This document shows positions 55,836-63,811 of a stretch of DNA of 64,000 bases, piece after piece. A program made the position numbers and the translations under genes. Within the stretch, counting starts at the first letter, position 1; the number at the start of each line of letters is the position of its first letter. The stretch lies in the NCBI GenBank assembly GCA_017516825.1, contig JAFXBC010000025.1, forward strand, positions 1,328-65,327. Direction: 5' to 3'. The notes beneath the pieces were generated by a model. It worked only from the letters and a program-made list of their open reading frames with translations, was not told the origin of the DNA and did no database searches. The stretch is from Clostridia bacterium. GTDB taxonomy: Bacteria > Bacillota > Clostridia > Oscillospirales > CAG-382.

Positions 55836-56373
55836 AACAAAGAAAAGCGAAAAGTTCTCCGCCGAAGAGATCTGCAAGATCTTACATATCAGCAAGCGAA
55901 AATGCGCCTGGATGCTCCAAAACGGAATGATCCCCTGCAAGGACTCCGGCAAGAAAACCCGCCGTTACACCGTCCTGCGAAAAGACCTCGACGCATACAT
56001 AAAAGACAGCACCGAGCACCCCGAGAAGTATTTTATCCCCGTCACCTTTACCTCAAATAACCCCGGTAAACGGGAGCCCGATAAATACTACCTCTACCCG
56101 CATCAGGTCCCCGAAGACTTCCGCCCCTGGCTTGACGATCAGTGGTACGACCTGCCCGACGTAATCACCCCAAAGGACGTGGAAACCATCCTCGGTTACG
56201 AGCACGAGTCTGTCCGCCGTTGGATCAACCGCGGCTGGCTTCAAATCACCAAAGCCCATAACTTTGAAATTGTCCCACGCGAATGGCTCATCGACTTCAC
56301 CTGCGACTATGCCTTCCAAATCATCAAGAAAAGCGAGAAGCATAGAAAACTGCTGTATAAGTATTTCAATTAA
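55825..56373 (+). CDS. Protein with two excisionase-type HTH modules
   Basis: SAEEICKILHISKRKCAWMLQNGMIPC..YTVLRKDLDAYI and ITPKDVETILGYEHESVRRWINRGWL. Overlaps the upstream gene by 11 nt. Confidence 0.7.
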   Translation: MTNKTKKSEKFSAEEICKILHISKRKCAWMLQNGMIPCKDSGKKTRRYTVLRKDLDAYIKDSTEHPEKYFIPVTFTSNNPGKREPDKYYLYPHQVPEDFRPWLDDQWYDLPDVITPKDVETILGYEHESVRRWINRGWLQITKAHNFEIVPREWLIDFTCDYAFQIIKKSEKHRKLLYKYFN

Positions 56374-56501
56374 TGAACACCACGCCTTCGAGAGTCCCGC
56401 TCCCGAAGATTTTTCTTCAGTTTATATCATTACAAATTCGTGAATACGCCCGATTTCTGCAAATTTTTTATGAAATATTGTAAATTAGGCGACTGCCGTA
56501 A

Positions 56502-56530
56502 TTGACAAATCACCTATCATAGTATATAAT
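56502..56530 (+). promoter_or_regulatory. Perfect-consensus SigA promoter of the island operon
   Basis: TTGACA (56502-56507), 17-nt spacer, TATAAT (56525-56530). Confidence 0.75.
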
Positions 56531-56555
56531 AATATATGACTACAAATGATAGGTG
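56511..56555 (+). promoter_or_regulatory. 10-bp perfect inverted repeat bracketing the -10 box (candidate operator)
   Basis: CACCTATCAT (56511-56520, inside the promoter spacer) and ATGATAGGTG (56546-56555, overlapping the RBS) are separated by 25 nt. Confidence 0.5.
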
Positions 56556-56562
56556 GTATATC

Positions 56563-57408
56563 ATGAAAGAACTGATCAAAGCTATACGCTCTGCGGCGAA
56601 TATGAATCAGGAACAGTTTGCAAGTGCCCTCGGCACGACTCCGCTTTCCATTAACCGCTGGGAAAACGGCAAAACTCTGCCCAACCGTATGGCACAGACT
56701 CAATTATATAATTTTTGCAAGGAGCGTGCAATCGATGTTGTGCAGCTCATTATAGATACCAAAGCATACGAGAATACTGATGATAAGCTTGTCCTCTACC
56801 ACGGCTCAAAGAAAGGCATAAACGGAGACATCGCTCCTATCAGCCGTAACGAATGTGACTTCGGCAAGGGATTTTATATGGGTACAACGACGCTCCAGCC
56901 ATTGACCTTGGTGTGCAACGAGGATAAGCCCAAGCTCTATACCGTCGAGCTTGATATGACCGGATTGAAGGTATTGACCGTTGAGATCGGTATGGATTGG
57001 GCTATGCTGATTGCTTACTACCGCAAGGAGATGGAGAGTGCCAAAGGTACGCCAATTTATGAAAAGTACGCGCACATGGCAGACGGTTATGATGTGATCA
57101 TCGGCTACATCGCCAATGACCGTATGTATACCGAGCTGTCCCGCTTCTTTAACAGAACACTCACCGATGTAGCTCTGATTAACTGTCTCTCCGCACTTGA
57201 CCTCGGCAAGCAGTATGTTGCTGTCAGCGAAAAGGCGTGCATGCAAATCAAAGTAATAAAAGAAGATTCTCTGTCTCAACTTGAGCTTGCGTTGCTCAAG
57301 GATATGAGCGCCGAACGAAGAAAAGAAGGAATCGCTTTGGCTGAGGAAATTGAAGTGAAATACCGTCGAGAAGGCAAATTCTTCGACGAGATATTGAAGG
57401 GTGAATGA
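56563..57408 (+). CDS. XRE-HTH fused to DUF3990-like domain
   Basis: HTH is MNQEQFASALGTTPLSINRWENG. The C-terminal domain has LVLYHGSKKG, CDFGKGFYMG, YDVIIGYIANDRM and LDLGKQYV, the motif order I recall for DUF3990. Confidence 0.8.
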   Translation: MKELIKAIRSAANMNQEQFASALGTTPLSINRWENGKTLPNRMAQTQLYNFCKERAIDVVQLIIDTKAYENTDDKLVLYHGSKKGINGDIAPISRNECDFGKGFYMGTTTLQPLTLVCNEDKPKLYTVELDMTGLKVLTVEIGMDWAMLIAYYRKEMESAKGTPIYEKYAHMADGYDVIIGYIANDRMYTELSRFFNRTLTDVALINCLSALDLGKQYVAVSEKACMQIKVIKEDSLSQLELALLKDMSAERRKEGIALAEEIEVKYRREGKFFDEILKGE

Positions 57409-57409
57409 T

Positions 57410-57832
57410 ATGTGTAAATCATTACAACTCACGCTCTGTGATACACAAGGGCAGCTTTTCGAGCTTGCCGCAGAGCGAGGATATAGCAGCGAAGCCTTTA
57501 TCAAGGCGTTTATGACCTCGCAGGTTGCCGCCGATATGGATAAAGATTTTCACCACGTTCAATGGGCAGGCAAGGCGTACATCCTATCCAGGATGGAGGA
57601 TGAACTTGCAGATCAGCTTACCAAGGATGGTGAGATCTACGATAAGGAAACGCTCTATTGGGCGGGCTACCTTTACCGCTATTGGAACTTCTACACCGGT
57701 GAAAACAGTCGAGAGATTTATAAACAAGCTTCCGCAAAGACAATGAACATCGTCTATCTCATGTACCACACAATGAGCCCCGAAATGGCGATCGATAGGC
57801 TGAAGGAAGCGTACAACGAAACAAAAGAATGA
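57410..57832 (+). CDS. Small helical partner protein (DUF3791-like?)
   Basis: ATG 57410 with GAAGGGTG RBS (the ORF is open from GTG 57401 and overlaps the upstream stop codon). The C-terminal YLMYHTMSPEMAIDRL resembles the recalled DUF3791 pattern only weakly. Confidence 0.6.
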   Translation: MCKSLQLTLCDTQGQLFELAAERGYSSEAFIKAFMTSQVAADMDKDFHHVQWAGKAYILSRMEDELADQLTKDGEIYDKETLYWAGYLYRYWNFYTGENSREIYKQASAKTMNIVYLMYHTMSPEMAIDRLKEAYNETKE

Positions 57833-57841
57833 GGAATAAAA

Positions 57842-58630
57842 ATGAAAAGTGCTGAAAACTTTGATAAAAAAACTTCGAAGCGAAAGATAATAAGAAAATG
57901 GTTGGCAGATCATTTTATCTTTGTGTGGATAGTTAGTAGTGCAATATTTGCATTTATTATACACTGGCTCTTTTCCACCCCTGCTCCTAACGATTGGATT
58001 GCTGCGAAATGGGGAGCAGGAGATATTCTTACTTTTGTAAGCACGGTTGCGCTTGGATTGTTGGCTGTATGGCAAAATAAGAGATTTGAAGAAGAAAATG
58101 ACGAATCGCAACTCCGAATGGAGAAACTAACAAAAGACGCTAACGAAATATCGATTGTTCAAAAGATTGTCGAGCATGAAAGCAATAAATTACTTAGGTT
58201 AAGAACAAAAATGCAGATGTTTATTGATGCTTGCAACACTCAAGAAACAGTTGATGATGTGTCTGATGTTGCACAACAGCCACCTGATTTTATGAAAATA
58301 TACATAAAAATCAAAATGGATAGTAGGGACAAACAAATAAGATTGGCGACCGTTGAACTTTTATCTGAATTGAAAACGTATCCAAACAATGATTCAACTC
58401 GTGAATTGATATCTCTTATCTCAGATTATTGTAATTCTTCAACAGAAGTTGCAAAATGTATAAGGGAGTGTTCAGATGCTACTCAAGCGTACACGATAAA
58501 AGCGGCTAAGGAAAAAGAATTTATTCAAAAGAGTTCAAACTTTATTGCCGAGCGCGAAGTTTTACTTGACAAAACGATATATGGCAACTTATCACTTGAC
58601 GAAATACGAGGATTGTATTGTCAAGAATAA
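57842..58630 (+). CDS. Two-TM membrane protein with coiled-coil cytoplasmic domain
   Basis: TM helices FIFVWIVSSAIFAFIIHWLF and ILTFVSTVALGLLAVW, followed by a charged helical region. GAGGAA RBS. Very AT-rich. Confidence 0.65.
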   Translation: MKSAENFDKKTSKRKIIRKWLADHFIFVWIVSSAIFAFIIHWLFSTPAPNDWIAAKWGAGDILTFVSTVALGLLAVWQNKRFEEENDESQLRMEKLTKDANEISIVQKIVEHESNKLLRLRTKMQMFIDACNTQETVDDVSDVAQQPPDFMKIYIKIKMDSRDKQIRLATVELLSELKTYPNNDSTRELISLISDYCNSSTEVAKCIRECSDATQAYTIKAAKEKEFIQKSSNFIAEREVLLDKTIYGNLSLDEIRGLYCQE

Positions 58631-58648
58631 TAATAGCAGGATAAGCAA

Positions 58649-59626
58649 ATGGAAAAGAACAAAATTGACATAAAAGAAAACTATATTTATCGCTTGGATA
58701 ACGAGCTTCTGACCATCTTTCTGCGAGATAGATCGTCAGGCAAGAACATTATTTGGGCAACCGATAACTATAGTTCGCGTGGCTGTGGATATCAAAGTTA
58801 CGATTATATAACCGTCGAAGCCATAACAGGCTATCACGGAAATATCATAAAGCCGAGAACGGAAAAATCCAAAAAGGAGCAGACAGACCGTATACGTGAT
58901 AAAGCGGAGGTGTTCACCCCTTCTTGGATCTGCAACAAACAGAACAATCTCGTAGATAATGCATGGTTCGGTACGGACTTCGTCTTCAACGAGGAAACCG
59001 AAAAGACTTGGATTGCAACCACCGAGCCGATTGCCTTTCCAACCGTAACAGGCAAGACATGGCAAGATTACATTAACGATGTTCGCTTGGAGATTACCTG
59101 CGGCGAAGCTCCGTACCTTGTCAGCCGTTACGATACCGTCAGCGGATATATGATAGAGCTTTCACAACGCATTGGATTGCTTGACAGAAAGCTCCGTGTT
59201 GTAAGCGAGAACACACAGACAGAAAAAGAATGGCTGAAATGGGCAATCAAGTCCTTTCAGAATACCTATGGCTACGATTGGCAGGGCGATAATGTGCTTC
59301 TGGCACGAGAAAATCTGCTCTTCACCTTCATCGATTACTACAAGGCAAAGTTTGATAAAGAACCCGATATCGATATTCTCAAGAAGATTGCCGAAATCCT
59401 CTCTTGGAACATATGGCAGATGGACGGCTTGAAATTCGTAATTCCCGAAAGCTGTAAAGCAGTCGAAGAAGTTCAGTTGTCCCTGTTTGACGACGAGCTT
59501 GAAAAGCAGCCTTGTCCCGGATGTGCCAAGAACGACCCCTACGCTCATACTGGTGTTTACTGCATTATAAAAGACTGGAAAGAGAACAAAAAGATAAAGT
59601 TTGTATCGTTGTTAAAGGAGAAATAA
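58649..59626 (+). CDS. Methyltransferase-fold-like protein lacking the (D/N)PPY motif
   Basis: DKAEVFTPSWICNKQNN (motif X-like) and LEITCGEAPYLVSRYD (motif I-like). No NPPY/DPPY/DPPH anywhere in the protein. Confidence 0.65.
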   Translation: MEKNKIDIKENYIYRLDNELLTIFLRDRSSGKNIIWATDNYSSRGCGYQSYDYITVEAITGYHGNIIKPRTEKSKKEQTDRIRDKAEVFTPSWICNKQNNLVDNAWFGTDFVFNEETEKTWIATTEPIAFPTVTGKTWQDYINDVRLEITCGEAPYLVSRYDTVSGYMIELSQRIGLLDRKLRVVSENTQTEKEWLKWAIKSFQNTYGYDWQGDNVLLARENLLFTFIDYYKAKFDKEPDIDILKKIAEILSWNIWQMDGLKFVIPESCKAVEEVQLSLFDDELEKQPCPGCAKNDPYAHTGVYCIIKDWKENKKIKFVSLLKEK

Positions 59627-59628
59627 TT

Positions 59629-60606
59629 ATGGCAAATAATTTCAATATAGATGATACAATCATTGCAAAAGTGATTTTGGGTAGAATTGAACCGAAGATC
59701 TATGCTTTTGAAACTGAGACTATTCCTAGCTACCTCAAGGTAGGAGATACTTTTCGTTCGGTTGACGAACGTTTGAGCGAATGGAAGAAAGCGGGTTTTA
59801 GTGATTTAAAACACGTTGGAGATTGGTCATCTGAAATAGCGGGAAAAGATATTTATTTTAGAGATTATGCTGTCCATAGTTATCTTGAAGAAAATGGTAA
59901 AACGAGATTAACAAGGGATGTTTATCCGGGCAAACCGTATTCCAAAGAGTTTTTTAAGAATGCGTCTAAAGAAGATGTAGAAAAAGCTATTGCAGATATC
60001 GTTGATTCAAGCGAGAAAGATTATACAAGGTACATATATTATGCAATTGGCAATCGAACTACAGTCGAAACAGAATATAAAAGAGATAGTTTTGACTGGG
60101 AGCCTCGTAGACCTCTTCAAACAGATACTATCGATAGATTTCAACAAGCCCAAGCGAACGGTAGAAATAATTTGCTAATGTATGCGGTGATGCGTTTCGG
60201 TAAATCTTTCACCTCTTTGTGTTGTGCTAAAGCGATGAACGCAAGTTTTGTTTTAGTGGTGTCGGGTAAAGCGGATGTTGCCGATGAGTGGCAGCGAAAT
60301 GTTCAAAAGCCGGGGCAGTTTGAAAGCTTTGTGTTTTTGAATTCTAAAAAATTAAAAAGAAACGATAAAGCTATTACTGATGCACAAGCCGACGGAAAAT
60401 GTATCGTCTTATTCCTCACTTTACAGGATTTATCCAAAGAGAAAAAACGCTTTTCCGAACTGTTTTCGTCCAAAATCGATTTAATGATTATTGACGAAAC
60501 TCATTTTGGTGCAAGAGCTGAAACACTCGGAAAAGTAATTTCTGATGCTCATTACAAAGAAGATGCTGCATTAAAACAGATTGAAAAAAGCAGATGGAAT
60601 CAATAG
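59629..60606 (+). CDS. GIY-YIG/T5orf172-like domain + SF2 helicase motifs I-II (N-terminal part of a split gene)
   Basis: AAAGGAG RBS. KIYAFETE..YLKVGDTFRSVDERLSEW...HSYLE...SKEFF (GIY-YIG superfamily pattern). Walker A MRFGKSFT (nt 60199-60207). DExH IIDETH (60493-60504). Confidence 0.75.
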   Translation: MANNFNIDDTIIAKVILGRIEPKIYAFETETIPSYLKVGDTFRSVDERLSEWKKAGFSDLKHVGDWSSEIAGKDIYFRDYAVHSYLEENGKTRLTRDVYPGKPYSKEFFKNASKEDVEKAIADIVDSSEKDYTRYIYYAIGNRTTVETEYKRDSFDWEPRRPLQTDTIDRFQQAQANGRNNLLMYAVMRFGKSFTSLCCAKAMNASFVLVVSGKADVADEWQRNVQKPGQFESFVFLNSKKLKRNDKAITDAQADGKCIVLFLTLQDLSKEKKRFSELFSSKIDLMIIDETHFGARAETLGKVISDAHYKEDAALKQIEKSRWNQ

Positions 60607-63600
60607 CGAAGCATTGGGCAGCCTGCAACCTGATAGAGCCGAAAAGGAACTCGTAAAAGAAACAAAAGGATTAGATGTAAAAGTAAAACTTCATTTATCA
60701 GGCACGCCTTATCGTATATTGTTAGGTAGTGAGTTTGAAAAAGAAGATGTAATATCTTTTTGCCAATATTCTGACATAATTAGCGAAAAAGAAAAATGGT
60801 ATAAAGAAAATATCGCTGGAGGAAGACAGGAAGAAACCGGTAAAGAAGAATGGGATAACCCTTATTATGGCTTCCCGCAAATGGTTCGATTTGCGTTTAA
60901 TTTGAACGAGTCTTCCATGAGCAAGATAAAGGAATTGGCAGAGCAAGGATATTCATATCATTTGTCTGCGCTTTTTGCTCCTCAGTCGATTGAAAAAGAT
61001 GACGAAGGCAAATATCAAAAGTTTGAATATGAAAACGAAGTATTAGAATTTCTTCAAAGTATCGAGGGAACTAAAAACGACAAAAACGTTTTAGCGTTCC
61101 TTGACAATCAGCGTATTAAAGAAGGAAAACTTTGCCGCCATATGCTAATGGTTATGCCTTATTGTGCCGCTTGTGACGCAATGGAGAAATTGATTAGTGA
61201 CAATAAAGGACTTTTGAAAAATCTGTCGGAATACGAAATAATAAATATTTCCGGTCTTAATTCTCAATATACGAAGATTCAAGAAGTAAAATCCAAGATT
61301 GCCTCCTGCGAATCAGAAGACAAAAAGACGATAACTTTAACCGTGAATCGTATGCTTACAGGTTGCACTGTACCTCAGTGGGATACGATGATTTTCTTGA
61401 AAGATACAGCATCACCGCAGGATTATGACCAAGCACTTTTCAGACTTCAAAGCCAATATGTGGTTGAATACGAAGGCAAAGAAATTGTTGATGGTCAAGA
61501 GGTTAAGAAGGTTATCAAAAAAGATATGAAGCCTCAAACACTCCTGGTGGACTTCAATCCGCAAAGAATGTTTTACCTACAAGAAACCAAATCAAGAATT
61601 AATAATATCAATACGGCTGATGGCGGTAATGACGAAAGCGAGAAACGAATCAAGCGAGACCTTGAAGTTTCACCCATTATTCATATATCAGAGAATAAAT
61701 TGGTCGAAGTCACACCTACCGATATACTGAAAGCAGTTAGTGAATATTCAACCAATCGTGGCATTACCGAAGCCGCAAATGATATTATTGTCGATGAAAA
61801 CCTAATAAATTTCGAGAACGTAAAAAAGGTAATTGATAAGGAATTTGAAATAGGTTCAGGTAAAGGGTTTGCAGAACAAGCTTATTCAGGTGATGAAACC
61901 GATCTGGGCGATGACGATATCCACACTGGCGGAGAGACTGATGAAACTCCCGATGAAGATCATGAAGCAAAACAAGACGATAACACCGGCACTGGAGAAA
62001 CGCAAGAAAAAGAAACCGATATAAAAGTCTTTGTCAAAAAATGCCGTTCATATTATCGTAGAATTCTCTTTTATGCTTTTCTTAGCAAAGGCGAGAAAGA
62101 GATTAAGAACCTAAATGCGGTAATTGAGAGCCTAAGTGATGCTGAGAACGAGAGAATTTTCAACAATCTTGGTATGAATAAAGATTTTGTTGAATTTCTC
62201 AAGAACAATATGTCCGGTGCTGCGTTGCGTTCTTTGGATAACAAAATCTATGATTTATATCGTTTGTCTCATGAATACGAAAATAGCGACGACGATCCCA
62301 TTAAACGCGCAACAACAGCTATCCAGAGGTTTGGTAAAATCAGTGATTCCGAAGTGGTAACTCCGCAAAGAATTGCAAAAGAAATGGTCGATTTGATACC
62401 CGAAGAAGATTTCAAAAAAGTCTTTGAAAATGGCAATAAGTTCTTGGATATTGCCTCTAAAATGGGTGAATTTGCTGTGGCTATTTATAGACGTGCGGAA
62501 TCTTTGGGCATACCTAAGGAATCAATAAAAAACAGTATTTATTCAATTCCTACTTCAAGTATAGCGTACGAATTCACCAGATTTGTATATGAAAAATTAG
62601 ACTTAAACGAAGAAAATTTAGCAAAATATTTTAATACTTATGATTTGCTCTCTTTAGGTGATGGTAAAGTTGAGTATGAATATATTTCTAAATTTATCAA
62701 ACAAAACAAGCCGTTTAATAGAATAAAACAAGATGATGAAATTACAGAAGGAGATGAGATAGTGAATTTTGATGTAGTATTAGGTAATCCTCCGTATCAC
62801 GAAATAATTAGCAACAATACAGCTAATAAATCATTGGGAAAAGAATTGTTCCCTGGATTTATGATGTTATCTAATGTGGTTTCAGGCAGATACACTTCAC
62901 TTATAACCCCCTCAAAATGGTTTACGGGCGACGGACAAGACCATTCTTTTCCGCCTTTAAGAGAGCATTATAAAGAAAACTCTCATTTTAAGAAGTACTA
63001 TCACTTTGGAAACGGAGAGGAGATATTCCCTGATATAACTGTAGGAGCAGTTAGTTATTTCTTGTATGATGAGGAATATACGGGCGATGTAGAGTTTCAC
63101 AATTGTGGACGAACGCCCTCTGTTCGAAATCGTCCATTGTTCGAGGAAGGATTTGATGTAATTCTTTCTATGAATGAAATGGTTGACATCATAAAGAAAA
63201 TAACTGATGCACCGGATTTTGAATCTTTACAAACAATTACCTATGGACGAAATGCTTTTGGCGTTTTAGGAAAAGACATTGAAAAAGATCAATTCTCTTC
63301 AGAGGACTACTTCGAAGGCGCTGTTGAAATCAGATGCAAATATGAAAATTTACGCTATGTTTCACTTGATAAAATAATCAAGAATAAAGAATTGGTTAAT
63401 AAGTGGAAAGTGTTCACATCTAAAGGTAATGGTGCAGCCGGAACATTATCTGATGGAATCCCCGTTTCGATAATTGGAAAAGCATTTGTAGGCAAGCCCG
63501 GAAGTGGATGTTCCGACTCGTTGTTTCCCATAGGATCTTTTGATACGGAAGAAGAAGCCTTGAATCTGCAAAAGTATTTTGCGACCAAATTCCTTCGCTT

Positions 63601-63799
63601 TATGGTTGGAATTATGAAAGTATCGAGAAATATAACTCAGTTGGTTTATAAGTATGTTCCTATGCAGAATTTCACTAATGTTTCTGATATTGATTGGAGC
63701 AAGCCTGTTGCTGAATTGGACAAGCAGTTATATGCAAAATACGGACTATCACAAGAAGAAATCGCATTTATCGAATCTATGATTAAGCCGATGGAGTGA
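60581..63799 (+). CDS. SF2 helicase motifs III-VI + acidic linker + gamma-class N6-adenine DNA methyltransferase + TRD (C-terminal part of a split gene)
   Basis: LSGTPY (60698-60709), VNRMLTGCTVPQWDT and QALFRLQS. Acidic tract at 61886-62020. MTase motif X VVTPQRIAKEMV, motif I FLDIASKMGEF, motif IV VVLGNPPYHE (NPPY at 62786-62797). C-terminal LYAKYGLSQEEIAFIESMIKPM. Confidence 0.75.
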   Translation: MKKADGINSEALGSLQPDRAEKELVKETKGLDVKVKLHLSGTPYRILLGSEFEKEDVISFCQYSDIISEKEKWYKENIAGGRQEETGKEEWDNPYYGFPQMVRFAFNLNESSMSKIKELAEQGYSYHLSALFAPQSIEKDDEGKYQKFEYENEVLEFLQSIEGTKNDKNVLAFLDNQRIKEGKLCRHMLMVMPYCAACDAMEKLISDNKGLLKNLSEYEIINISGLNSQYTKIQEVKSKIASCESEDKKTITLTVNRMLTGCTVPQWDTMIFLKDTASPQDYDQALFRLQSQYVVEYEGKEIVDGQEVKKVIKKDMKPQTLLVDFNPQRMFYLQETKSRINNINTADGGNDESEKRIKRDLEVSPIIHISENKLVEVTPTDILKAVSEYSTNRGITEAANDIIVDENLINFENVKKVIDKEFEIGSGKGFAEQAYSGDETDLGDDDIHTGGETDETPDEDHEAKQDDNTGTGETQEKETDIKVFVKKCRSYYRRILFYAFLSKGEKEIKNLNAVIESLSDAENERIFNNLGMNKDFVEFLKNNMSGAALRSLDNKIYDLYRLSHEYENSDDDPIKRATTAIQRFGKISDSEVVTPQRIAKEMVDLIPEEDFKKVFENGNKFLDIASKMGEFAVAIYRRAESLGIPKESIKNSIYSIPTSSIAYEFTRFVYEKLDLNEENLAKYFNTYDLLSLGDGKVEYEYISKFIKQNKPFNRIKQDDEITEGDEIVNFDVVLGNPPYHEIISNNTANKSLGKELFPGFMMLSNVVSGRYTSLITPSKWFTGDGQDHSFPPLREHYKENSHFKKYYHFGNGEEIFPDITVGAVSYFLYDEEYTGDVEFHNCGRTPSVRNRPLFEEGFDVILSMNEMVDIIKKITDAPDFESLQTITYGRNAFGVLGKDIEKDQFSSEDYFEGAVEIRCKYENLRYVSLDKIIKNKELVNKWKVFTSKGNGAAGTLSDGIPVSIIGKAFVGKPGSGCSDSLFPIGSFDTEEEALNLQKYFATKFLRFMVGIMKVSRNITQLVYKYVPMQNFTNVSDIDWSKPVAELDKQLYAKYGLSQEEIAFIESMIKPME

Positions 63800-63811
63800 G
63801 TATGACAGATT

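Larger units (their letters stand above)
59629..63799 (+). pseudogene. Single ~1390-aa GIY-YIG-helicase-MTase reading unit interrupted by a +1 frame change in an A6 run (60584-60589)
   Basis: Helicase motif II is in frame 1 and motif III is in frame 2. Reading the A6 run as A5 joins ..ALKQIEK to ADGINSEALG... It could be a true pseudogene, a slippage site or a homopolymer sequencing error. Confidence 0.5.

Noticed and set aside
58649-63799. Classification as a standard type I, type III or BREX/DISARM locus.
   Set aside because: There is no HsdS-like duplicated TRD subunit, no separate Mod/Res pair, and no PglZ/BrxC/DrmA-type genes. The helicase and MTase are on one polypeptide, so only a type ISP-like comparison holds.
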